From the NCBI GenBank assembly GCA_013265495.1, contig MU058687.1, forward strand, positions 5,268,093 through 5,332,092: DNA of 64,000 nucleotides. The letters run 5' to 3'. The translations under genes were made by a program, and so were the position numbers. Source of the stretch: Vicugna vicugna (Eukaryota). Under the pieces are notes generated by a model. That model ran no database searches and was not told the DNA's origin. It worked only from the letters and a program-made list of their open reading frames with translations. Position 1 is the first letter of the stretch. Every line of letters starts with the position of its first letter. This document shows, in pieces, positions 23,617 through 38,171 of the stretch.

Positions 23617-25439
23617 TCATCTCCTTCCACTTAAATAACTACATTTACCCAATTATAGCTCTAACCCTCAGAATACTGCAGTTTTTCCAAACCTCCTGGT
23701 CAATTGAATATTTAGGAATAGTTAATTATTGTTTTTATTATTAATCATTCCCATGATCATTGTTTTTCTTGAGGTTTTTATGTTTCTAACAAAAGAAAAA
23801 GTTTAAAGCTCTTTCTTCATTTTCTGTTGAGATTTTAGGAGATTTTGTTGGGATTTTTTTAGAAACAATAAGTTCATAAGTTGTGTATATGGTGATCAGA
23901 ACATTCCCCCTTGTTACTGATAAATATATTGGAGAATATTGCTCAAAGATAGATCACTGATTGATTTCTTGATATAGCATCCTAGAATTACTCAAACTTT
24001 CCCAATCAGAGCCACTGGCAGCAGTGAACACAGATGGGTATCTCACTTTGTTAAGAATTGGGGCATTCTACAGACAGACAGATTCCAGGGTGAGACTGTA
24101 GGAAGGTTAAGGGGCATAGTAACATGTTAATCTCATTCTAAACTGATCAGTTAGAGAAGAGACTGTCTATATACAGGCAGGAATGAAGAAAGGATGAGAG
24201 AGTTAGGAGTGGTATCTGGCGAAGCTTTTCAAGTTAAAATGAGTCAAAACATTGAAGATGGAAAAAGGAACATCTCGGTTTTCCATTTCCTTTGGTTATC
24301 AGTAAGTATGAACTTGTGAGTAAACTATTATTCTGAAAATGTTTTGTTTCATCTGAAAAACAAGGTAACAAGTACCCAAACTGTCTCTTTCAGACTCAGG
24401 TGCTAAGACATAGGCCTGTCTAGAGTTTCAGAAGGCAAAGCAGGGCATGCCGTGGGGAGGGACCCGAGGGCATCAAGTGTAAGATCCCAGATGAGGGTGG
24501 ACTCAGGAAGCAAAACAGTTGAAAACCCAGTAGGTCAGTGAGAGACTAAGAGCAAAATATAAAGAGAAAATTCTTCAGTAGACAAAATGGAGAGTTTCTG
24601 AGGCATAATTACATAAAGAGAAGATCTTTTGTGCAGCTGCACCTTAAATTGGGAATGTTTAAGGTGCCAAGTCAGTTGGGAAAATATGGAAGACAAAACT
24701 AGCTAAAGAGTTAAGAGTCTGGAATTCGAGTGATAGTCAGTTGAGGAGCTTTGGGGAACTATTTCCTTCTCAAGATAATTTCTCAAGAAAATCATTTCCT
24801 TCCCAGTTTCCTCATTTATTCAATAAGGAATTCATCATAGATTGGCTTCCAGTTATAGAATTTCCATGGGCTAGTCCATTATACAAAGACCACAATGAAA
24901 ACTAAAAACAGAATTTTGAACTTTTACCAGAAAGATTATTGAAATATGCTTGCAGGAAGGATTCCATTGAAATAAATATTATTTTCTTTTAGTCCTTTCC
25001 ATAGCTTTGTATTACTCAAGGCCAACAATTTGCCAGAAAACATTAAAGTATTCTTCTTGTTCTCTGAGACAACTTTTTCAGGAAGATATTAATGTGATCA
25101 GATAGATTGCTAAATCTTAACAAGAGGGAAGACACTTTCCTTAAGAGAGTATAAGCATTCCCAAGGTGCTTTTATAATTTGAAAAAAATCATTTCAAAAA
25201 TTTAATTTTTATATTATAATTTGATTTATATTTTGAAAATAAAAAAAAACCCCTACAGTTTTCATAATACAAAGTACTGTCAGTTGAGCTTTAAGAAAAT
25301 TTTGACTGGTACAGTAGGATAGCATAAATAAACATTAACTCTCAAATAGAAATGTTTATTCCAGGTAGTAGCACAAGACAGATATAGGGAGAGGCAGACT
25401 AGGACATTAAAAAAAAAAAAAAGAGGTCAAAAATATATA

Positions 25440-25880
25440 TGCCTTAGCTTGGATTTTTCTGAAAATAGAACCTGAGAGAGTATGCTGTTAAGTTTATTTT
25501 GGAAGAATCCCAGGAATTAGGAGAGAGGAAGGGAAGAGTGAGAAGAGTAAGGAGAAAAAGCCAGTATCAGGATGCTTTCTGCAACTAGTGCTCAATTCTG
25601 TTGGGACCTCCTGATTAGACTATGAAACACCTTCTGAAGTACGGGAGGCTGAAATGTTTATCCATGGACTCTTATCCCCATTGGTTGAGGATTGTCCCAT
25701 GGGCAATAACTCCCATTACTTCTGGTATATGTTCCCATGATGTTGTAAAAGGCCCTCAGAGAGAAAAAAGAAAGCACATGATATATAATTAAGGTAAGGT
25801 ACGTGAGCATGAGATAAAGCTGAGCTCACATAGACATGACCACCACAGCTGCAGCAACAGAAGTGTTTACTACAACAGGT
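25440..25880 (-). mobile_element. ERVL-type solo LTR (LTR16/LTR33-like)
   Basis: tgccttagcttggatttttctgaaaatagaacctgaga...tttatccatggactcttatccccattggttgagg pattern. Confidence 0.5.
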
Positions 25881-26429
25881 ATTCCTGTCTAATATTTAGA
25901 AGTTTTCTTTGTCAAGTGAAATGATTCATTATAGAGTCTGATTAGCTGGATAAATGCCTTAATTCTGCCCATGGGCAAACATTCAATATGTTTTCTTTCA
26001 CCACAACTAAGCTCTAATTCACTTTCCCAATTGACTTCTCCATTCCCAAGTCCATCTCTCATACTACCAACAATTTAGGATATGCATTTGCATATTTCTA
26101 AGATCCTCCTCTTCCATTTCATAGTCTCTTCACTCATTCAACAAACATTTACTTGTCTCCTATTATATGCCAGGAGGTATGTGGCACCATGGTAGGCGCA
26201 GTGCTAGGCACCTCACTTGAATAGTCTTATTTAACATTCTCAACAATCCTATGAAAGAGATACCATTATTATATCTACTTTATAGATGAGAATATTTAGA
26301 TACAAAGATGTAAAGTGACTTGCCTAAAGCCACATGGCTACTTACATGCCTGAGCCAGCTCAATATCCTAGGCACAGAGCATAGTCTCGGTGTTCAGGCT
26401 GATTTAGAGAAAACAGTGTAGGAGTTCAT

Positions 26430-26650
26430 ACTATTGTTCACAATACTTCACCGCTGTGTGTCTGTCCCCTGTCATGTGACTTTGCTAATCCTCAGAGTAA
26501 AGGCATAGTTTATCTCTCCATCCCATGAATGTTGGGTCTGGCCGTGTGATTTGCTTTGGCCAACGGGATGTTTGCAAACATCACATAAGCAGAAAGTTTG
26601 AAATTGATTGCACAGTTTAGCTAGTGCTCTTACAGTTTTTCCATGCCTGT
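26430..26650 (+). mobile_element. MLT1-type MaLR LTR fragment
   Basis: catgtgactttgc...ggccgtgtgatttgctttggccaacgggatgt. Confidence 0.65.
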
Positions 26651-27109
26651 AGGCAGGCCTGGCTTTAAAAAAGAGTTAGGTTAGCTGCAGTTAGAATGCA
26701 GGGCTCCAAAGAGGGAATAATAACTGGGGAGAGCAGCTATCCCAATCTGTCTGGAAGGGATGGATTTCCCAGGAGGTGGAAATTTTTAGTGCTATCACTT
26801 GGATACTCTGGGCAAACCAGCTGGTGACCCTAGACTAAAAAGAACAATATAATGGATAAGTAGGCAAATGGTTTTTATCTTTTCCCTTACTCAACTTCTT
26901 TATCATTGCACATAAATTAAAATAAAACTAAGGAGAAATTAGTGGAACCTAGGTAGTCATGATTGCATAAAGTACTTTATAGGTATGGACACTGCTATCT
27001 AGATCCATACAAAGATTTACCCTTTTAAAAAATGTCTCTCCTGGAGTTATAACTTCACACATATTATTGCAGATTTTCCTCACTTGAGCACAAATTTTAA
27101 GTATAGGGA

Positions 27110-30100
27110 ACACTTCAGTCAGTAAGACTGGCTCCTACTGGCAATGGTTCAAAATAGGAGAGGGGGAGGCATAGAAGAACCTAGAAAGAGGCCAGGCACT
27201 GGTATAGCAGAAGAAAAAGTCCAGTAAATTTTCTCCCCACAAAAATACTATAAAAGTGGAAAAATTCAGACCTATCAAAATTGACCAAAACAGTACACCA
27301 AATTGATAAGTACGTATTCTTTTAAAAAAGAAAAAAAGCAGAGACTGTATAATAACAGTGAGGGTGTGTGCTCCTCCCATCCCTCACCGCAGCTAAATCT
27401 GCAGAGTGATACTACCAATGCAGAGCAATGCCTAAAACAAGCAGCTTTGTTTCTGGAGGGGATGCCTTAATTTGTATCAGAACACAAAAAGATCCCCCAG
27501 CCAGTGGCATCATCTATTACAAATCAAGACAAATGGCACGTGAATTGGGAAGCAAATGAATTTAAGTGGCAATGAATTGGGGAGACAAGAGGTTCAGTTA
27601 GCCTGAGGTTATAGTCCTGGCTAGGGCAAGCAGTGGGAGAGCAAACTAGATAGAAATTTTACAGGGATGATTGGAAACAAAGCATCTACAGAGTGCCTCG
27701 TTAAGCCCTCCACACATCTGCACGAGAAAGATTGGTGAGAGCCTGCTCTAGCCACACATGCCAGGCTGATCTTGGTACTGTATAAAACTGCACAGGAGAC
27801 AGGAGAGAGCGCAGCAAAAGGTAAAATCTGGGGAAATTTTTTAATTACCTGAACTTTGTATGGACTCCTCAGGACGAAATCATATCCAACAACACAGAGT
27901 GGAAAATTTTGGCTTGAGGTATTTGAGCACAACCTCTGACCAATCACTGGCTGACCATTAAGCTACGGAAAAACAAAGATGTGACTCCTAGGTAGTCAGG
28001 CGCAAAAGCAAAAGCAAAAACATTTTTCTTAAGTACTGACACTAGTAGCCACATGATGTGGGGAAACAGGTTCCACAAATACAGTTCAGGTAAGTTACTA
28101 AACAAACAAAAAACAGTAAAAAACAGTCTGAGTGGGATTACAATCCAGAGTTTCTACAATATGTTACCAAAAATGTCTGGTTTTCAGCAACAGCAACAAA
28201 ATTATTAGACATGGAAAGGAACAAAAATCATATCCCATTCCCAGGAAAAAAGAAATAAAAAGAAATTGTTTCTGAGTAGGCTGACATTTTGGACGTATCA
28301 AGTGAAGACTTTCAAGGAACTGTTACATACATGTTCAAAGAACTAAAGAAATTCTTCTTAAGTAATTAAAAGGGAATGTGATGACAGTAAGTCAACAAAT
28401 AGGGAAGTGTTACAAGGGGATGGAAATTTTTAAAAATGGAAATTTAGGAGTTGAAAAATAAAACAACAGAGAATGAAAATTTAGTAGGGGTGCTAAATAG
28501 CAAATTTGAAATAACAGAAGAATCAGTGAACTTGAAGATATATTAAAAGAATTTATCCAGTTTGAAGAACAGAGGGAAAAAATGAAGAAAATTGAACAGA
28601 GCCTAAGAGGCCTATGGGATAACATCAAAAGCATACCAATGTATGCGCAATAAAAGTCCTAAATGGAGAAGAGAGATGGAAAAGGTTAGAAAATAATTTA
28701 AATAAAGAATGACTGAAAACTTGTCAAATCTGATGAAAAACTCCATCTAAAGATACAAGAGACTCAACAAACTAAGTAAGATACAAACTCCCAAATTGTA
28801 CACGTAAACACAACCTAGTAAAACTATTGAAAGCCAAAGAAAAATCTGAAAGGCATCAAGAGAAAAATAATTCATCACAGCCAGGAAATAAAAAATACCA
28901 TTAAATGATTCAATTTTCATTAAAAATTATGGAGTCAAAAAGCCAATGAAATGCCATGGTCAAAATACTGAAAAAGTAACTGTTGACTGAGAATTCCATG
29001 TTAAGGTATGTATAGACATGATAAGGAAAACAAAGACTGAGGGAATTTTTTTAGTAGCCTTGCCTTACAAGAAATACTAAAGAAATGATACCAAGAGTTA
29101 AACTAAATCTACACAAAGACATGAAAACACTGGAAAAGGTTTTATATATATATATATATAAATGACTATATAAAGGAAATATATGTATATATATGTTAAA
29201 GACAGACTTAAAGTTATATAAACAATTTTAATATTGTCACTGCCCTGTTGGATTTATAACACATATGTAGCAATAATAGCGCAGAGAGAAGGGAGGAAGT
29301 GGAACTAAATTGAAGAAAAATTTCTGTATTTAACTGGAATTACATTCAGATTAACCTGAAGTAGATTGTGATAAATTAGCATGCATATTGTAATCCCAAG
29401 AAAGATCACTGAGGAAAGAACCAAAATAAAAGTTTAAAGATAAAAACCAACAAAATAATTACAATAGTACACTAAAAAAATTTATTAAAAAATACTAAAA
29501 AAAAGTAATAAGGAAAACAGACACATGAAGAAAAGTAGCAAAATGCCAAATGTTAATACAACTCTATCAATAACTTTATTAAAAATAAGTGGACTAAATA
29601 TGCCAACTAAAAGGCACTGATTATCAGAACATATTAACCTAAAGAGACACAGCTAATTTCTGTCCATAAGAGATAACACTTTAATTTTGAAAACACAAAC
29701 AGTTTGAAAATAAAAAGTTAAAAATGTAAAGCATGAAATCATAATCTTAAGAGAGCTGGAGTGGCTAAATAGTAAAATAGACTTTAACACACAAAAACTT
29801 CCCCTACAAAGATAAATGCTTTTAAGTTAAAAAAAAATGCTTAATGATAGAAATAATCAATCACCAGGAAAATAAGCAGTTATAAATATAAATGAACCTA
29901 ATAAGAGAGCCTCAATATATATGATGTAAAAATGGACAGGATTGAAAAGAGAAATAAACAATTAAAAAAAAAACATTTGGAGACTTAAATACCCCATTTT
30001 CCATAATTGATAGAACAATAAAACAGAAAATTAGCAAGAACAGAATGCTTGAATAACACTATCAACCTAATTGATTTAATTGACATTTATAGAAAATCCC

Positions 30101-31705
30101 ACCAAACAACAGCAAAATAGACATTCTTTTCAGGCACATATGGAACATTCTCTAAGGTCTGTAAGATAAATCATATACTAGGCTATTGAGACTTGACAAG
30201 CCCCAATAAATCTTAAAAGAATTAAAGTAATCCAAAGTATGTTATCCAATGACAATGGAAATTAAATTAGAAATTAATAACAGAAAAATTTTGGAAATCC
30301 TTAAACAAATGGAAATCAAACAGAATAATGCTAAATGACACTTAATCAAAGAAAAAACCATAAGGGGAAAGAGTATGACTTTGAATAATTAAAAATGAAA
30401 ACACAATCTACTAAATTTACTGGATGACACTGAAGCAGTGTTTAGAAGAATATTCATAGTTTTAAATTCCTATGTCAAAAAGAATAAAGGTTTCAAACCA
30501 ATAACTTAAGATTTCATCTTAGGAAACTAGAAAAAGTAAAATATCCCTAAAGCAAGCAGAAAGAAGGAAATAATAAAGATAATAGCAGAAATCAATGACA
30601 CGGAAGCAGTAAAGTTATAGAGAAAATACATGAAACCAAAGGTTTATTGGTCGAAAAGATCAACAAAATTGACAAACTTTCAGGTAGACCAAGAAAAAAG
30701 ATACAAGACACACATTGACAAAATCAGGAATGAAAGAGAAGACATCACTACCAGTCCTACAGATATTAGCATTTTAATGTTAGAAGGGCTACTAAGAACA
30801 ACTTTATACTAACAAATTAGTCAGCTTAGATGAAAAGGAAACATTTCTAAAAAGATATAAATAACCACAATTGACTCAATAAGAAAATGAGTAAGTATAA
30901 AAGAAGAAGTTGAATTAGCAATTAAAAATCTTCCTCAGAACAGCCACCATCTGGAGTATTGCCAATTGCTGAGGCAGAGAGAAAGAGAAAGCCCTACTTT
31001 AGGAAAGGCAAACCCACTTTGAAAAGAATGAAAAACTTCCCACAATAAAAGCCCAAGCTTGATGGCTTTCACGTAAATATTTTAAGAAGAAGTAGTACCA
31101 AAAATTCACAAATTCCTTTGAAAAATAGAGGAAGGTACAATTTCTGACTCATTCTATGAGTCTAGTATTATCTTGACACCAATGCCCAACAAATTACACA
31201 AAAAGAAAAGTACGGAACAGTATCCTTCGTGAACAGAAATGCGAAGATTCTTTTAAAAGAAAAACAAAACCTTTGAAAACTGAATCCAGCAACATATTAA
31301 AAAAGATTACCCACCATGACCAAATGGGATTCATCTCAGTAATGCAAAATTAGTTTATCTTTCAAAAATCAACTATTGTAACACATGATACTAACTGAAT
31401 AAAGGGAAAAAATCTCAATAGATGTATAGAAAGGGATTTTACAAAATTCAACCACCATTCATGATAAAAACTCAAATAACTATTTTAAAAAGGAACTTCT
31501 TCAACCTGATAAAGGGGCTGAGAGTGGAAAGAGGAATTGACTGCGTACAGAATAGGGAAAACTTATTTGGGTGATGGAAATGTTCAAAACTATATTATGC
31601 TTATGGCTGCACAACTTTGTAAATTTACAAAAACTCATTGGCTTGTACACTTAAAATGTATGCATTTATGTTATGTAACTGTTATCTCAATAAAACTGTA
31701 AAAAT
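27110..31705 (+). mobile_element. Old L1 (L1MC/MD-type): 5' region, degraded ORF1 (about 28200-29080), ORF2 endonuclease to RT (about 29545-31515), then a jump to the 3' UTR
   Basis: ORF1 motif gaacagagcctaagaggcctatgggataacatc; ORF2 motifs ggagacttaaataccccatt, ctcattctatgagtctagtatta, caccatgaccaaatgggattcatc; many stops and frameshifts. 5' boundary approximate. Confidence 0.85.
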
Positions 31706-33134
31706 TAGTAACCAGTAAAGGGTACGTGGTGGGGAGGTGTAGATGAAACAAGTTAAACTATATACTGATCATTGTTGAAGCTAGGTTATAGATAATGGCA
31801 AGTTATTACACGATTCCTCCTACTTTTGTGTATATTTAACATTTATCATAATAAAAAATAGGTTTTTAAAAAATCAGAGTGTCCGAGAAACCTCATGGGG
31901 CATGCGGAGGGAACAAACGTAATGCGAAAACACCCTTCGGGTCACTCTGACATTCCTTCTTCCTCCCCTTTGGGAAGCGTCTTCTTAAATTTCTAGATGT
32001 TTTACATAGTTGTTCCTTCAGTTGGTTCATTTGATCCTAACATTTGAAAAGAAGATAGACAGTGTTTTCTCTGCTATGTAGATGAAGAAATCACAGTTCA
32101 AAGTGATGAAAATAGAAATAGAAAGCGGTGAAGCTCAGGACACAGTCCGGGGCCCAGTGCTCTGTCCACTGCACTGTGAGGCCCCCTTGCACTAGGCCTA
32201 GGACAAGGCTGGACCCAAGCCGAACTCTGTAGTAGGTAAGAATTGTTTTCAGTGTCCTCACAATTTGCCACCTCGTTGAGAACTCTTTTCTCTTCATTTG
32301 GCATCATCAACATTGCTTAACATAGCCCTACGCTCTTCACCCCTAAAATACACAGACATATTCTATTTTGATACTCCTTGAAAGGTAGTCATTTTCAATT
32401 AGCATGCCACACTCTATTTCTCCTCCATCTCACCTTCCCTACTCCATCAGCATCTTCTCTTTCAATTCTTGGTTGAAAATGCTTAATAAAATACTCACTC
32501 CAAAGGGTGACTAGATCAAGGCTAACTTTACCAAAAGTATGTACACTTTAACAGAGGCAAAAAGAAAAAATCACAAAGAGATACTTGTACACCTGATAAA
32601 TGTTAAGATTTTATAAAATGTTGGTAGGAAGAATATTTGGAGGTAAGGGAGAGCCTTCTTGGGCCTTGTATATTACCTTCCAGCCCACATATTAGGACAA
32701 CTCTATGCCAAGTGATCTGTAACAGACACTGAAGGTGTTGAACAAACAAGCATTAGTGCAGTAAGCCAAGCTTCTGTTTATTCACGATGGAAAACGATCC
32801 TCCATTGCCTAAAGGATATGAAAGCACTGTGACAAGTCAGCTAGAAATGGAGTTGGTGTGGATACAAAAGGGCAGCCAGTGGTAGACAGTCTTTGGAATT
32901 TGTCTAGGGCCCTTTTCCTTTCTTTAATGTGGGGATGTTCAACAACCTTAATCATTCTTACCTTTAAATGTGTCTCAGTGAATCAGAATATTGGATATTC
33001 GGTTTAAGGTAGATATTTGCCCCAGAATTCTCCCCACAGTTCTTTCCAGTTGAGTCTCCAGTCTTTGATCCACTCCCTTGAACACTTTGTTCATATAGGT
33101 CACCATGTTGCATTGATTATGTCAAATTTATTTA

Positions 33135-33745
33135 TTTATTTATTCATCCAACACATATTTTTGAGCACCTTCTTTGTGTCAATACAATTCTGAATGAATG
33201 AAAAATCAGCAGTGAACAAACAGAGGGAGGCTTTGCCCTTGTGGAGGAAGGCAAACAACAAGAGAGGGACAGACAATAATATTATAAAAGATACGTTATG
33301 TAGGATGTTAGGAGCTGGTAGATGCCAGGAAAGTTTAGCAGTGCGAATGCTCTAACATTGGAGGATGCATGGAGTGTCTAAGGAGCAATAAAGAGTCAGT
33401 GTGGCTAGAGAAGAGTGCATGGTATGCGGGCGAGTGAGAAAGAGCAGCAGGAGATAAGATCCATAATAGAGTACATGAGATGTGGTAGACCACTAAAAGG
33501 TCTGACCTTTCCTCTGAGTGTAATGAGGAGCCACTGTAGGCCTTCAACAAGAAGTAGACTCATCTTATTTACATGTTAGAAGAATCACATTGGTTTGGTT
33601 GTTATGTAGAGGGAATAAGGAGAAATATAAGAGGAGAGAGATTAATTATAAGGCTGTTAGAAAAAAACAGATGAGATGGGGTGGTCCAGAGTGGTAGCAG
33701 GGGAGACAGGGAGAAGTGTTCTTATTCTGGTTATAGTAAATACAG
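33135..33745 (-). mobile_element. L2 element (3' part)
   Basis: ttattcatccaacacatatttttgagcacc...tgagtgtaatgaggagccactgtagg. Confidence 0.75.
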
Positions 33746-34719
33746 ATTCAAGAAACTTTCCTTCACCAGGGAACAGGTCCATCTCCATCACTAAATTTGG
33801 AGCTGAGCATTTCTGAACACACAACGTGTTCCATGAGTGTGCAATTAATGAATTAAGAAATGAATGAATGAATGAATATTGAGTAGTTATAATCGATCTG
33901 AAGGAGGGAATACAAAGCTATTTCAAGACAGCATAGCCACAGTAAACATTATCTGTGGCCACAAGTTGATAATTGTTTAGAGAACAGCTATAATCACCCT
34001 TGGATACAGAGGCTACTAGTAATTTTCATTTGGAAATATCTAAAATAGATATTTCCAGAATAGAATTGGAAAGTTTTCTGCCTGAGAGTTGTCCTCAATA
34101 AATGCATAAAATGAACCTTCCTTCATCCAGCAGCTGTTATTAAGGAAATGTGTGCAAACAGCATACAATTTTGAACTGCTATTAAGTTCCTAAAATATGG
34201 TGAGTGGTTGACAAACCATAGCAATAGCCTTCTAACTCTTATCCTACCTCCTGTCTCCCTTGTTCCCATAGACCTCCTGTACCACTCCCAGGGCATCCTT
34301 TCTAAGACACACGTCTGCTTAAGACCTTCCAACAAACTTTCATTGTCTTCTCATTTAGGAAAAGTTTTCTCAGCCGTGGTATCCAAGGCACTTCAAAATA
34401 TTTAGCTTTACATATCCAAATATTACCCAAACTCAGGACAAGTATACTTATTATTGAGAGGAACTTAATGCTCTGTTAAGGGTCAAGTTCTGAAGATGAG
34501 CTTCTTGGGTTCAAATCCTAAGAATTAACCTCTCTAAGTACCAGGGTCAGCCTTCAGGAAAATGGAATAGTAATATCTCCTACATTATGCCTTGCAAGGA
34601 TTTATTTAGATAACAAATGCAAATCCTGCTAGATTGTAAGCTCCTTATGTGCAAAAACTAAATTTATTCTATTCCACACTGTACTCCATTGCCATGTATG
34701 TTGTAGGCACTGGACTTAC

Positions 34720-35440
34720 ATCCAGTGAATAAATATATAACTGAGTGCATACTATCTGCCTGGTACTTTTCTAAAATCTGTGGACACTACAGTCATTCTT
34801 CTCATGTAACTCACCTTCTGGTTAAGGAAGACAGACCATAAACAAATCTGCAAATAAATATATTGAAATCTATATATTGATTAATGCCATTTAAAAATTA
34901 AAATAGGGTAATACACAGGAGTGTCTGATTTTGTGGCCATGGAAAAACTCTCCAAGAAAGTTGCGTGTGCACTGAGATTTAATACTGGGAAACAAAAGTC
35001 ATCCAAAACAGAGGGTGGGGGTGGGGACCTTAGAGGTGGAAGGAATCAAAAGTGAACAGTTTCTGAGGCAGGTATATTCAGTGAAGAGGGAAAAGACACC
35101 TAGGTGTTCAAGTCAGTGGTCATACTGAGAATAATCCAAACTGAATTGAAGTTGGTAGGCAGGGCCCTCTGGCAAAGAAGATGAAATGATATTTCAGTGT
35201 ACTAGGAAACTGGAGATTTTTAAGCAGAGAAATGATCAGAGTTCCCTGGGCAGTTGTGTAGAAAATGGATTTTAGGAGACAAGAGGAAAAGCAGAGAACT
35301 GGTTAAGAGCTAGTATTATAATCCATGGGAGGGATCATGGTGGGTTGTCTTTGAGACAATGGAAGCACAGAGAAAGGAAAGATTTAGAATATAGTTTGGA
35401 GGTAGAAACAAAGAAATGCAAGTAGTCAAAGATGGTTTCA
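34720..35440 (-). mobile_element. L2 element
   Basis: aaatatataactgagtgcatactatctgcctgg...gattttttaagcagagaaatgat-like L2 landmarks. Confidence 0.65.
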
Positions 35441-35442
35441 CT

Positions 35443-35670
35443 CGGGGCGCCATTATGTCCTCTGTGGGCACGTTAGCCTCTGTGGGCCCTTCCACTGTGG
35501 AAATAGTATTTAAAACTGTATTTTATGAGTACATTGGTTTAAAGACAAATACAATCCAAGCAGGATTATATTATTTTTCCTTCTGATTATAAAAGAAATT
35601 AAAACATTTTTATAGACCCCTAAAATTATCATGGGTCTTAAGCACTGTGCCTTATTGATAAACTGACCCC
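35443..35670 (-). mobile_element. ORSL-like hAT-Tip100 MITE
   Basis: cattatgtcctctgtgggc...aatccaagcaggattatatt...aaagaaattaaaacattttt...gcactgtgcctt. Confidence 0.6.
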
Positions 35671-35679
35671 AATGCCAAA

Positions 35680-36522
35680 TGTTTAAAGTTTGAGGTGTAC
35701 AGCATTATAGTTCAGCATCAGAATATCTTACAGAATGATCACCACCACAAGTCTAGGTTCCACTCCATACCATTGTTTCCCTTTACCCATTTTGCCCACC
35801 CTCCAATCCCTTTCCCCTTCAGTAACCACTAATCTCTTCTCTGTATCTATGATTTTCTTTTTATTTTGTTTGTTTGAGTTCTTTGTTGTTTTCTTCTTTG
35901 ATTTATATTCCACATATTAGTGAAATCATAGGGCATTTGTCTTTCTCCCTCTGACTTATTTCACTTAGCATAATACTGTCAAGGTCCATCCATGCTATCT
36001 CAAATGGCAGGATTTTACTCCTTTTTATGACTGACTAATATTCCACTGTATATACATATACCAAGTCTTCTTTATCCATTTATCCATCAATGGACACTTA
36101 AGTTTTTTCCATATCTTGGCTAGTATAAACAATATTGCAATGAACGTAGGGGTTCATGTATCTTTTCTAATTAATTCAAGTTCTTCAGAAAAATACTCAA
36201 AAGTAGAAGAGCTAAGTCATATGCTAGTACTGGTCTTCATTTTTTTGAGGAATTTCCGTAATGTTTTTCATAGTGGCTACATCAATTTACAGTCTCATCA
36301 GTAGTGTATGACAGTTCCCTTTTCTTCATCCACATTTTCTCTGACATTTATTTTTCCTTATCTTTTTGATAATAGCCATTCTAACAGGTGTTGCATGATA
36401 TCTCATTGTGGTTTTGAATTTGCATATTCCTGATAATTAGTGATGTTGAACATTTTTTCATGTGATTATTGGAAAGCTGTGTGTCTCCTTTGAAAAAAAA
36501 ATCTATTCAGATCCTCTGCCCG
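35680..36522 (-). mobile_element. Older 5'-truncated L1 (ORF2 C-terminus and 3' UTR)
   Basis: tgacttatttcacttagcataatac...tatccatcaatggacactta...gatatctcattgtggttttg. Confidence 0.9.
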
Positions 36523-36639
36523 TACGCTGGTTCCATTTTTAACAATAAAGAATACAAAATGTAGTCAAATACATTTGAAAATAGTAAGACTCTAATGCAT
36601 ATTAGCTACGATATTATTACTATTATTATATATTGAACA

Positions 36640-37005
36640 TTCCTGTGCTTCCTAATCTCTGTGAATCTGCTCATGTCGCTTCTTGAATTTCTCTCTGCAT
36701 GTCAAAAACTCATCCATCGATGCCCAAACCAAATGCCAGCTTCTTTGTTGTCTTTCCTGGGTCTTCAACCAGTCTTGATCAATCTCCTCTCTGACCCCAC
36801 AGGTCCATACTTATACCACTCTCATGGATCTAATTAGAGCCTACTCTTTATTTATGCTGATTTATGTATTTCTCTCCTTTACAAGCTTTTTAGCTTCTTT
36901 CAATGCTTGGTGATATATCTTACACCGTGGCTCTGCCTTTTACTGTGCCTAGCCATGTGTCTTGCAGAGAATAAAGCCTCAATAAATATTTGTTGAGTTG
37001 AATAT
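36640..37005 (+). mobile_element. L2 3' end
   Basis: Ends gcctcaataaatatttgttgagttgaat. Confidence 0.6.
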
Positions 37006-37975
37006 AAAGAAAACAGCCAGTCAGCCAGACACTCTCACCAAAGTCTGTCGGGGCAAACTTGTCTCCAGTATTGCTGCCCAGACCTTGGCACATAATTATT
37101 TTGAGACCATCTATTAAGCAACAAAATGCTAAAAAAAAAAAAATGCCAATTGTGATTCCCTACTTTGCGAATGATGCTGCCAGGTTTCTAAATAACAACT
37201 TCATGGAACATCCATCCAAAACACCATCTGGAGTGCAGAGACTTGTACCTTGTTGACTCCTAGAACCATAAATCTAGAGCCTTGGCCAATCTCCATTGTA
37301 GTTAATGATGTCTGTGATCTATAGCAGCTGAAAGATAAGGATTCTGATTAGACATAGAAAGGAAATTAGATCCTGAGTAAATGGAAACATTATTCATTTA
37401 CATCACATTTATTGTAATATTTATTTTATACAAGACAATATGCTTGGCTTTGTGGAAAATACAAAGAGATGGAAGAACCAGTCCTTGTTCTCAGTGGGGC
37501 CTTTCTATAGCAAGGGATAGAGTCAGGGGGAGGGCGGTGGTAGGGAGCTGATACTGGTGGAATGGCAAATGTGAACATGGCTCCATCTATGTCCTCAGTG
37601 AGAAGAAAGCACCATTTTGCTCCAGCATGGAAATTGTTGTGTGACCTCGGATAAATCAGTCCAAATTCCTGAACTTCAATTATTCTCTCCGGAAAAAAAC
37701 CTGCTTGTTTGTCTACCAGGAATGCTGGCTGGTTTCACGTAGTAAACATAATAATTTCTGGGCGTTTCAATAATTTAGAGGTTTTCATTGCTCAGTTTTC
37801 AGTTAAATACATGAATTGCATTTAAATATGCAAGTTACTATTCTGGGGAAGGAGAGATGAATCAATATCTCAATAAATTAACAAACAGCCATAATTGAAA
37901 TGATTAATTCATGTATCTATCAAAAACTACTTATTAAGCACCAACTAAGAACAAGGCATTATGATCACTATGAAT

Positions 37976-38043
37976 CAGTGGTTCTCAGCTAGTGGCTACT
38001 TTGTTCCTTAGGGAACATTCAGCAATGTCTGGAGATAGTTTGC
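37976..38043 (+). mobile_element. MER20 5' fragment (hAT-Charlie)
   Basis: cagtggttctcag...gggaacattcagcaatgtctggagat. Confidence 0.7.
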
Positions 38044-38171
38044 TTATTTATTATGAGTCTTATGCTTTCTGACAAAAAGGCATCTTTTAATGCAATATCC
38101 TTCTTTCAGAAGATCTTGCTTAGCACTTTCTCTCAACCAAAATCTTCCTATTGCAACAATCAAGGCAATTA

